Below are positions 24,782 through 35,476 of a stretch of DNA of 47,650 nt, piece after piece. The first letter of the stretch is position 1. Each line of letters starts with the position of its first letter. The stretch comes from Chara braunii (taxonomy: Eukaryota; Plantae; Charophyceae): NCBI GenBank assembly GCA_003427395.1, contig BFEA01000002.1, positions 3,846,062 to 3,893,711 of the forward strand. The letters run 5' to 3'. The notes under the pieces were generated by a model, which had not been told where the DNA came from, made no database searches, and was given only the letters and a program-made list of their open reading frames with translations. The translations under genes and the position numbers were made by a program.

Positions 24782-25414
24782 TCGACGACCAGGTAACAGA
24801 ATTATCAGAACGAGCCAACCGATATTTTAGGTATTTATATAATCCTTTTCCTTTTGCAATGATGATGAAAAACCCTTCACGTCCTTTTCCTTTTCCTTTT
24901 CCAAACATTTCACAGTCATCAAGCTGCGGTTTAGGGCGTGCTCAACAAGGACAGAAAATAAAAAACGAAGCGTGCTCCACGAGGACAAAATAAAAAACGA
25001 ATGCCAATTTTCAACCTTCAGATGCGATTCAGGGTGGTGTGTTTTGCCCAGCAGCTACTTCGGACGGGTTTTCCAGTCCTCTCTGATTTCTCCGCCTCTG
25101 GGAAAAATCCCACCCACACTCTCCCTGCTCTCACTGCCTTTTCGTTCACGCACTTCGTCTCTCATAACGAGTTATAAGACGCTTTAAAAATGGCTCCACA
25201 CTCTCCCTGCTCTCGATGGCCCTCTACTGCCTCTTCGTTCACGCACTTCGTCTCTCAAAATAAGTTAAGACGCTTAAAAAATGGCTCGTTCACAGTTTCC
25301 CGCGGTCGTAAATTCCAAGGAGAGTTCGGGAAAGAGCAGCAAAAAAGCTCTCATGCCAGGGCTGAGAAACGCACCACCACTCTATCTGATTGCCAATACC
25401 ACGTAAGACGAGTG

Positions 25415-25725
25415 CTCTGTGCCAAATTCGCGAAAGCACAGAGAGAGAGAGAGAGAGAAAGAAAGAGCAGGCGAGAGGGGAACAGAGGGTACAAATGAGN
25501 AGAAAGAGCAGGCGAGAGGGGAACAGAGGGTACAAATGAGGGAGAGAGAGAGCGCAAGCCAAATTCGCGAAAGCAGAGAGAGAGAGAGAGAGAGAAAGAA
25601 AGAGCAGGCGAGAGGGGAACAGAGGGTACAAATGAGAGAGAGAGAGCGCGAGCGAGAGGGGAACAAGGGGTACAAATGAGAGAGAGAGAGAGGAGGCGAG
25701 AGGGGAACAGGGGGTACAAATGATG
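25415..25725. repeat. Composite minisatellite (GGCGAGAGGGGAACAGAGGGTACAAATGA units interleaved with (GA)n)
   Basis: About five copies of the unit are visible. Confidence 0.9.
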
Positions 25726-26939
25726 TGCAAGAAATATATAGATGTATAAATAGCCCTCTAGGCATTTGACTTTTGACGTTAATAGCCCTACTGGCGGGAT
25801 CCCAATATCGGTGTTTTCTGAACCGAAATCATCGAGTCGTACTGACGGGATCCCGATAAGCCCTGACGATTCAGGTTCAAAGAACGCTGACATTGCCGCC
25901 AGGAACGTCGAAGTTAAATGCCCAAAGGGCTATTTATACATCTATACCTACATACACAGCTATATGTCGTCACATAAATATCAGAGCGCAAAGGCGAAAA
26001 AAAACAGAAGAAAACAAGAAGAAATTAATTCATTTCTTTATCTTCTTTCATACAACTCCCCCTGTTCAGAACCTCCTCTTGCGTACAAGACCGCCCACGT
26101 GGATGTAGGTTGAGCGGCGGCTGCCCCCAACCCCGTGTGTCATATCGACCCACTTACACACAGCCGAAGGGCAAAGAGGCAAATAAAAGAGGAAGGGAAC
26201 AGCCAAATACAACAAAACAAGGCAACAAGCAATAGCACCAAAAACGGATCCTAGATGACCCCTCCCACATGCAAGCACCGTCCCTCCTTCACATCCCAAA
26301 CGACAGGACAAGACCACCCAGGACAAAACTCTTGTCTGCAAAAAACACAAACATCCCAGATTACATATCTATATACAGCAGATGTATATATACGTATATA
26401 CAGCTCGGCGCCTGGTCGGCAAGCCGTAGCAAAAAACGTCGGGGCCATCCCAAGCGAAACGGCCATCTCTCGTCTCTCGATTACTGCGTGCCCTCCTTAC
26501 ACGCCGGGGCCGTCCTGATCATCCCTGACAATGCGGGTTCGTTGCGGTCAGGAACGTCAAAGCCAAATTCCCAAAGGGCTATTTATATTATATATCGTCA
26601 CATAGATATCAGAGCGCAAAAGCCAAAAAAACAAACAAAGGGTTATAAATCTATCTATATCCTCATACACACCACAGCTATATGTCTGTGTTGGATCCAG
26701 ACAAATCAGCGAGAACTGTATAGGCAAAACACGTAGGAGAGGAAAGGAAACGGCCATTTCTCGGTTTATGCGGTATCATATCCTTACGACGCGGGGATCA
26801 CGCTAATCTTCTCTGGATCGTTCCAAATAATAAAAAATCTCAAAAAACAATACAAGGGAAAAAAACGGCCGGCTATGACAGAAACATCTGAAGGAGTACG
26901 TGCTGTACGTGAAAGAGCTTATCGAGACGACGGACGCTA

Positions 26940-27044
26940 CCCTCTTCACCCGAATAGAACGCCCGGTCATTCCGACTGCATCTGGACTGAAAGTTGTCCC
27001 AAATAAAGCCATACTGGTCGGGCGTTCTATTCGGGTGAAGACGG
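26940..27044. mobile_element. 105-bp MITE with TA target duplication (Tc1/mariner superfamily-like)
   Basis: TA-CCCTCTTCACCCGAATAGAACGCCC...GGGCGTTCTATTCGGGTGAAGACGG-TA. Confidence 0.8.
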
Positions 27045-27273
27045 TAGGAAAGAATGGAATTCGGTGGCAACGGCGACTGACCAACTTTCAACTAAGAGCA
27101 AGCAATCGGCGGCGATCTGGATCGCATGAGATTTGCGATCCGGATCGCATGAAATTTGTCGAGATCCCGATCGTACGAGATTGGCTTATTCCAATCGCAC
27201 GAGATCGGCAATCGCGATGGAATTGCAATCGGATGACGTCGGTCCATTTGAATTAAACAGCACTCAGATCGAC

Positions 27274-27369
27274 TATTGGTCTTCAACCGAATGAAGAGCT
27301 GTATTTGGGGCAACATTGAGTCTAGATACGGCCATAATGACCGAACGTCGTACTCGGGTGAAGACAGTA
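27274..27369. mobile_element. Degenerate, internally deleted copy of the same MITE
   Basis: GTCTTCAACCGAAT...ATAATGACCGAACGTCGTACTCGGGTGAAGACAG-TA. Confidence 0.65.
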
Positions 27370-27925
27370 ACACCTGCAAAAGACCGACTACAGAACTCGC
27401 AAGATCCCGATGGGGAAGGATAGCGACCCCAGGCACACAGATCGGACAGTTCGGCGGCGACACAGACACGGCAGAGATCCTGCCGCCGACAATCCGACCG
27501 TGTACATAGACGCAATACCGGGGGAAAATCGTTCCTCCTTCAGTGAACGAACAGAGCACAGAAGGGATAATGACCGAGTATCACGTACGGTCATTATAGT
27601 TGTGCATATGGGGGCAACTTTCAGTTTAGGTACAGCAATATTCGGGTACACAGACGGTAGCACAGAACGGAATATATAGAGTGAGTGCTTTCTACAACAC
27701 CTGAGAAAGCAAAACCGTTCGAAAGGGGAACGAAAAAAAGAGGACAGACGTTGTCACTTCCCCACTGCGTGTTCACCGGACCTCGATCCGGATCCCGATA
27801 TCCATCATCGGCCATGGAAGTCCACCCCGTGCACATGCGCCCTTGCATCCCGTGGACAACTAAAACAGGAAAAAAAAATTCTCTATCCTTTTTCCACTTG
27901 TCCCCCCCATGTCTTGCGGCTCCTA

Positions 27926-28030
27926 CCGTCTTCACCCGAATAAAACGCCCGGTCATTATCGCTGCATCTGGACCGAAAGTTGTGCCAGATACAGCTATAA
28001 TGACCGGGCGTTCTATTCGAGTGAAGACGG
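27926..28030. mobile_element. 105-bp MITE with TA target duplication (same family)
   Basis: TA-CCGTCTTCACCCGAATAAAACGCCCGGTCATTAT...ATAATGACCGGGCGTTCTATTCGAGTGAAGACGG-TA. Confidence 0.85.
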
Positions 28031-29339
28031 TAGTCATTCCACGAGGACCCCCAAAGCCTTCATCTGTAACTAAATATTCAGTCGCCCCGCTTTGCTGCCA
28101 ACTGTCTTGCCGACATATTCACGGGTGACCTAACAGCAATTCTCTGAACATTCGCCGACATTTCGACGCCGCGTCATCCAGGCAAGAATTAGTCTGATCA
28201 AATTACGATCTAGGTAGCATTCGACCTCACGTTTTCGGCCACGTGGCAATCCACCCACTCAGCTACTGTCACGTGATGTCACGTGATGAGTTTCAACTCA
28301 AAAGGCAACTGCCAAGACAAGCTTCCCGTGACTTCTGTCAAAGGATCAAGAGGGTAATCACTACTTAGTTCCCACTCGTCCTGCGGACGAACGCGACATC
28401 GCCCGACGCACTACCCTGTATGAACAGGGTTTTTTTCAATCAGGTAGCTCCGAGGGAAGAAGAACCTGGTGGTCCTGATATTAACCACATCCCCTACTCC
28501 TGTCCGCTATAATAAAAAGCCAACAACAAACCCTTCCGTTCCAGTCATTGACAAGATAGAAGACAAGCAAAATGGCCAATTGCTCTTTACACGCAAACAA
28601 AACTGTAAATATTGCACACAGATAGAACGCATACAAACGTGTACACACATGCTCGAAACGCGCACACGTTCCTCTACGTTTCAACCGGCGGGTGGGTGCG
28701 CTCCGCTCTCACCAGCAAAAGGCTTAACCACACACCTGGGCCCGCCTGCACTTTGCCACCCAGGGAGCGCATGAGGCGAGGGCCGATGCCGCCTTGCCCT
28801 CATTTACAGTATGTTGTGTCCACCTTCCCTTGCACGCACGACGCCCTGTATTTGCTAACTACTGGCTGGTCAAACACTCCTGCGTCGGATCCGCATACGG
28901 TCCTTTCGCAGCCATTCGAGGCAATGTCAAACAGAAACTCCTGTCACTAACCAGGCCATCTTCTGCCTATCAATCATATGCAACTCATCCACTTGACTAC
29001 AACCATTGCCAAAAAAACTGATCGACGGCTGTACCGATCGAGCAATGGCGGCGGAAGCGGGTGTAAGTAGAGCAGCAAGGCGACAATGCGTTCTTGAACT
29101 TAGTGCGGTGAGGAGATATACAGAAGAAGTTGAAGAGAACGGATAGACGCACAGCCATTCGCGACATCGACGCCACATCAGGTGGCCTTAGGAGACTCTC
29201 TGCGCAAGAGCTGATGCTCGGAAGAGATTGCTATTTACTGCCAGAAGAGAAATAGACGCCGATCGCGAAGACAAGAACATCCGCATTCCATCAATCAAAC
29301 AAGCCCTCTCACATACTCCCTTGAGACGACCCCGACCGC

Positions 29340-29343
29340 CCCC

Positions 29344-29404
<61 letters not shown>

Positions 29405-29434
29405 GCACAGACACACGCACAGACACACGCACAG

Positions 29435-29487
<53 letters not shown>

Positions 29488-29595
29488 CAAGAACCAATTA
29501 AGAAACGAAAAAGAAAGAGAAAGCCGCATACATACACGTGCACATAGATAGATAGGTAGATAGATAGATCGATAGATAGATAGATAGATAGATCT
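29340..29595. repeat. Microsatellite cluster: Cn, (CT)n, (CA)n, (GATA)n
   Basis: Direct reading. Confidence 0.95.
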
Positions 29596-30919
29596 ATCCA
29601 CATGCAAGCATTCTAGCAAAAGAGTCGGTCACCCAGACTTCGCTTCCTCAGCCCCTCTACGACTTTGCGAGAGGTCGAACTCGCCTGTTTGTCTAAGTGA
29701 CTCCCTTCGCAATACAATGCGACGAACACACACATGGATCGGAAAAACAGGCATACTGAGAAAGAGACAGGGAAGGCGTGGCAATGCTCACCTTCCATCG
29801 CGTGGCGTGTATTCATCCATCACCCACCCATCTCCCTCCTTCCCCGCCACCCTACTCCCCTAAACTTTTCATGGCTGCTCCTGCGTCTCCATCCCCTTTC
29901 GTTCCCCTCTCTCCACCATCTCTCGTCCCCCTCCTCTCCTCCGCTCCGCTCCCGCTCCGCCGGCCCCGCCCCTTCGGCCCTAGCCACCAATCTAGTTCCT
30001 CAAAATCCCGCGACCTTACCTCACCACATCTGCCTCTCTTCCGACCCCGGCGGGCGAGCTAGCCCCAGTCCACCCCCCCTCTGGTGGCCCCTCCGCTTGA
30101 CGACGGCAACAACAACTGCAATGCAAAGTGCAATGGACTGAAATGCAATGGGACACGGCCCTCGCGCCCTCCTCCTCCTTCGGAATGGGACCGCAATTGG
30201 GCCCAATAACGACAATAAGTGGACTCACCCGGTAGTTTCGCCAACAACAGTCCCCCCACGCCTGACCGCCGATCCTAAGAATCTACGGCCACAATCGGGA
30301 GACGACGCTGAGTGGTGGAACCACCGGAGGGGAGCAGGAGGCACCCCAAACGGCGGGGGCGAGAAGTACTTGTCTAGAAAAAGGACAAACGTAATGGACG
30401 TGCCAGCCGTAAAATCCCGAATCCAGCGGGAGCCCGCTTCTAGGACTTCCCGCCCGGCGCAGACACATTTCCCGCCCAAACCTGCTGCACAGGGGGAACA
30501 GCTTTCCCGTTCAGACACGAGGCTACTCCTCCCTATTCTTTCTTCTTTTTTATTTTTTTATGCAAAAAGGACAACCGCTCTTGCTCTGGATGAGCTTTAT
30601 GCAGAGATGTGATCGCGGTTTTCTGAACCTCTGCATAAAAACGTCTAAGATCCGGGGCAAGGTCCCACTTGCACGGATTAAGAGATTCTGGCCGTTGATC
30701 CTTGCTATCTACGGTCAATACCGCTTAATCCGTGTCAGTGGGACCTATCCCCCGGCCATTGCATCTAACGCTTTCTGGTAGTGGGGCTTCCTGGTAGTGG
30801 GACTTTCTGGTAGTGGGACTCAGCCCCTGGTCACCAAGCCGATGTCCTCGACTGGCACATGACACCAATCAACTGTTGATGAGGGAACATGCGTTCGAAA
30901 CCTGACAGAGCCTCAGTAA

Positions 30920-31041
30920 GGGCCGCGCCGCACCACTCTCGAAAAGTGAAAAAGACAACAATGTGGCGGGCGCATCTGGCCGTGTTCTACCGGAAAGTTC
31001 ACTCTCATTTCGCACTTTCCCAGAGTGGTGTGGCGACGCCC
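30920..31041. mobile_element. Tourist/PIF-Harbinger-like MITE (122 bp)
   Basis: Imperfect ~33-bp TIRs (GGGCCGCGCCGCACCACTCT... / ...AGAGTGGTGTGGCGACGCCC) flanked by TAA on both sides. Confidence 0.65.
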
Positions 31042-31543
31042 TAAGACTCCGCCCCTGGTCACCAAGCCGATGTCGCCGACTGGCACATGACACCTATAAA
31101 CTGCTGATAAGGGAACGTGCGTTCGAAACCTGACCTAGCCACAGTAACGTAACTCTGAGTTACCTGGGGCTGGTCAGTACGGTGATGATCGGGGACGTTG
31201 GTCGTTAGAAAAAAGAAAAAAACTGGGTCGATAGACAATGGGGAGCGTGCATTGGGTGCATGGGCTGCTGGGACAATGACTGGGTAGGTACATGCCTAAG
31301 AAAACAATTCATTGCCTGGACAGAGGACGAGTTGGTGATTGCCTACCTCCCAGATCAGGGGTTGGGAGTGCAATGCTCCGCCGCACTGCAAGGCACACAA
31401 AGGCGACAAAAGGAGTGGATGGGGTACAGAGGGGGCTGCTGGGACAAGGACTGGGTCGGCAGATAAAGGGGAATGGGAGTCACTTGCGGCTCCAAGGGAG
31501 GACACAGAAAAGAACCGCAGTCTTGACGCCATACGATGTTCTG

Positions 31544-31700
31544 ATGGGACGCTGGACCCGGTTTCCAGCAGGTGCCGCTCCCCACCAATAGATGGAGCAG
31601 CCCCCCGCGTAAGCCCTCAATTCTGACGGTTCTCGTACCACCGCCAGGATAGAGGGATACCGTAAGGGCTTTCTTCCTGAAAAAAAAAAAAAAAAAAAAG
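31544..31700 (+). mobile_element. Poly(A)-terminated non-coding retroelement 3' end (SINE-like; 5' limit unknown)
   Basis: Carries the ATGGGACGCTGGACCCGGTTTCCAGC motif shared with the LINE 3' UTR, further hairpins (AAGCCCT/AGGGCTT, ACGGT/ACCGT) and an A-tail from 31680. Confidence 0.6.
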
Positions 31701-31723
31701 AAGAAGAAAAGAAAAGAAAAAAA

Positions 31724-32772
31724 GGACAATGTTGAATGTTCTCGATAAACCTGACACCGCGTAACAGTGGTGTCTCAAGCCAACACTTCGCCACACACGA
31801 CATGCAACCCACTCACACGCGCACTCACACCCGTGTTAGCTGAAGACATTACTGATTTGCAGCCAGGATGGCTCTGTTTTTTTTTTTTTGGGACAAATGC
31901 TCCAGTCTATTTGTGGGGAGCAGCACGTGCTGGGATGGGAACCGGGCCCAGCGTCCCATATAGAGTTACACAAGTCATTTGAGATACCGGGGCCCGGCTT
32001 CGGATGAGAATCAATCTGAGAACTATTGAGAACTATTGAAGAAATTCAAGAGAATTAAAAAAAGGTTGTATTGTCAGCACGCACAAAAATTCAGCGGAAA
32101 ATATGCTCTGACGACGGCCGCGTCGCGAGGCAGCGCCCGGGTGCGCTAATTTTGCGCTATCGCGGGATTTAGCGCCGTTATTTTCAGCAACTTTAATGGC
32201 GTCGCCAATCCCTCAAACCGGTTGACTCTGCTACTCATGACGCGTGTGGAGCTTTTCCTCTGCTTTTCGGTCGGTATCTTCGAGGGAATGCTCCCTTCTT
32301 CCGCACGATATGGTTGGTACGGCGTTTCCCCTTTGGGAAGACCAAGGGGCAGGAAGTAGCTGGTCTCTGCAGGGTTGACAGATGGAGATGATGGCCCTGT
32401 CTCCAAAGAGCCAAGCTCGGCACTCCCTATGACATTTGGAGGAAAAAGGTAAAACTCCCATCGTCGGGTTGGGGTGGCAACTCAGGTTTTATTTGTGAGT
32501 GCAGTGATTAAGTCGTAGCTCCCTATTTATCCGAGATCGGTGCTATTTGTTTAAATTAGATGTGCATTAGGAATTTTTTTTATTTTTTTTTTTCGAAGAA
32601 GGTAATCTTTGTTGATGTAGTTCGGATTATTGGGTCAAATTGGTTTCCAATTTGTCGGTTTTTCTTTGCTGTTGGGGTTTTGTTCACTGGTTGTACTTCG
32701 GAGTGGCGATTTCTGTACTTGTTGTGGGTGGGGTGGAAAAGGGACGATGGCTTCTTCAACTTCACCCCCCCC
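31724..32772 (+). repeat. ~1.05-kb direct repeat, copy 1 (LINE leader plus ORF1 start)
   Basis: Same sequence as 40056-41104 (offset 8332). ORF-track peptides and the homopolymer lengths checked are identical. Confidence 0.95.
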
Positions 32773-35476
32773 CCCCCCCCCCCCTCCTCGCCGCCCTTGT
32801 CGGACACAGAAAAGCAGAGGTTAAGAGAAATCTTAAGCTCTTGCTACATCGATGGTCTACTCCCGAGACATCTGGCTCCAGCTTCTAACCCGAACAGAGT
32901 GGAAGTCAGTGCTGATTATGTCAAGATGTCGGTCGATCCTGAAGTTCTTAAAGTTCAAGTCGATTGGCTAAAGGCACATGCGGTGATAATCCTCTTCGGC
33001 GATGAGTCCACCTCACTTCCGATAGATGTCAAAAAACGTCTTGTGCGAATATATGAGGATGGGTGGGCAATTAACAAACTGATTAGTGTCCCTCCTCAGA
33101 GAGGTTTATTTCATAATGAGTGTCGAAATCTTGTCACCTATGTTTCTGCCTCGAGTCAGATCGCTTCGTTCATGTTGCGTAAAGGCAAAGACATGATAAC
33201 TCTCGACAACAAGACTTACGAAGTAACTTTGCAACCATGGATGAATGACAACCAGTTGTACGAATGGAGGGAGGCGATGCGGTTCCCTTTCTTTTGGATA
33301 AAATGTTTGCAAGTGTCAGTTTCCGCTTTTCCTCAGTTAGCAGAAGCGGTAGAAGTTGCTTTCGGCCAAATATTGAAAGTATATCCTGCTTTCAAGAATC
33401 CGTGCGCACCGAAACTTTTTTATGTTCGTTTTGACTTGGTCACATTTGCACGTTTTCGGTATAAACCGTATTTAACAATCGATTTGGCAGAATTTGGATA
33501 CGTTGATATTGAGGTAGCCAGTGCTGCTTCGCCATGGTGCTCGGCATGTAGAAGATCTTTTCACTTGGCAAGAGATCGTGATTGCTTAAAGAATAGACGG
33601 AGGAATGCTGACCCTCAAAAGTCAAAGAACAAGGCCCCAGTTGAGGAGGATGAGGAGGAAGATGGGCAGAAGGAAGTCGATCCCAATAAGGGAGCAGGAA
33701 ATAAAAAGAAGAATATGGAGAAATCCTCAAGCTCACCCCAGAAAAGGCGGGTAACCTCAGCCAGATCCCACTCCCCAAAAAGAAGGGATGGGAATTAGTG
33801 GTTTGGAAGGGTCACCAAAAATTGACCCACGAGCCCGGAGAGGAAGTTGTGGAGAAATCCAATAACCACGATCCCCTCCGGGACTTGGAAATGAGGGAGC
33901 AAAGTATAGGGTTCATGGAGCCTAACAGGGAGAAAGAAAGGGAGGGCTCTGGAGGAGCCGAAGAGGTCAAGGGAGACGTCTCGCCTGCCATAGTCGGGGG
34001 CTCTACGGAAAAATTGCAGGAAAAACCCACCGAGGAAGAGGAGGAGGAAGAGGAGGAAGGAGAGGCAGACTTGGGGGAAGAACAGGAGGATAGCAAAGAG
34101 AATGAGGAATAAGGGTTCATCCGCCATCGAATCCCTAAGCCTAAGGACCAGTCCCCTGCACCTAGCCCTCCTTTGGAATCGGTCAGGATTGTCAAGGAAA
34201 GCCCGAACAGAGCTGCGATGTTTTTTTCTGAACGAAGAGGACATGGAGGATTTGGTGGAAGATGGGGAAGAGGCAGAAGAAGATAAAGGTAAAAATCTAG
34301 GAGAGCACCCAGAGCAGCTTGAGGCGGTAGGGGAAAAAGGAAAGGAAGGAGGAGTGGGTGGGGATCTTAGTGAACAAGAATCGGAGGATGATCTCCTTGG
34401 GGCTCTGGGAAATGAACTGGGCAGGGATCCTCTCAAAGCAGAAAGGACTATTGATTTAGCTACCGAGTTGGAAGAGGTGCACACCCCTCCCCCTCCCCCC
34501 GACTGGGGAAAAAAACCCATGCTGGATGCATTTAAAGTTTATCTTAACCATTCATATGATATCGACAACGACATTCCATCCGCTACTCGTGAAGTTATCA
34601 GCTTCTTAGGGATTGTTATAGAAAGGAGGGAGGATGCTACATGCGACTCTTATGGGGGGGTCACCGGCTAAGAAAACGAGAACGAACGACGACTGTGGGG
34701 TGGGCACGACAAGTGAGGGACAATTCAGCACAATGGATGATCTCCATCCGCTGGACTTAGCAAAAAGTCGGAAGCGATCTTTGTTGTACCAAAATACGGG
34801 TAAACATCTTTCGTTTGCAAGTCCAATGAGAAAACTATCAAAGAAGGATAAAGTTAAAGGCCCTGCAAAGAACTTTCTTGCGCCGCTCATATGCTCAGAC
34901 ACTCCCCTTGGGACAATGGTCACGGTTCTAACCAAAACAACGTCGGATGATGTATTGGAAATTTCGACAATCCTAGTCAAGTCCCCTCCTACTGAAGAGG
35001 AGGTGCTCGAACTAAAAAAACTGCATGTTTTGAATCACACTGGCTCAGTCTCTCTGCTTCCTACAATGAAGGTTAGCCGTTTTCTATCATTAAAAAATGA
35101 TGGTTTCCCGCTAATCTTCCATTTTGTCTTTCTGGGTATTAAAACAATTAATGACTCATTTGACAAATGGAGCGACCTCCAAGTTCACTGGTTTCCCTTT
35201 CAAGACTTCCTGTCTGATCGCACGGAGGCGATCTCCTCGCTGCAACTCCCGATGGGGAGAACAGGTCAAGTGGTTGGAGACTGGATCAAGCATGTGGGAA
35301 TGACGACCCGTATGACGCGGGACCACGTATCCCATATGTTGCTGGTCGTCAGGAACTTGGGAATTAACTTAAATGTGAGCAGGGACACTGGTCTTGGGGG
35401 TCATGAAACTGATAAACAGACTGCATGCCGAATCCAACATGATGGCGGGATGAGACCTGATGGTCCTACCGCCTAA
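32747..35476 (+). pseudogene. LINE ORF1 (zinc-knuckle-like motif, acidic/basic linker), interrupted
   Basis: Likely ATG at 32747 (MASSTSPPPP) with a frame slip in the poly-C run. CSACRRSFHLARDRDC knuckle variant. Pieces are 32560-33798, 33798-34112, 34102-34671 and 34634-35476. Confidence 0.75.

Noticed and set aside
28235-28290. Three CACGTG G-box motifs as a promoter
   Set aside because: No supported gene nearby, and short motifs alone are insufficient evidence.
31724-32746. HDV-like ribozyme or snRNA/rRNA target sequence at the LINE 5' end
   Set aside because: I could not build the nested double pseudoknot by eye and recognised no U2, 5S or tRNA sequence. A descriptor search would be needed.
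32560-32746. Hydrophobic N-terminus of the 412-aa ORF as a signal or transmembrane segment
   Set aside because: Translation of the T-rich leader. The likely real start is the ATG at 32747 with a poly-C length error.
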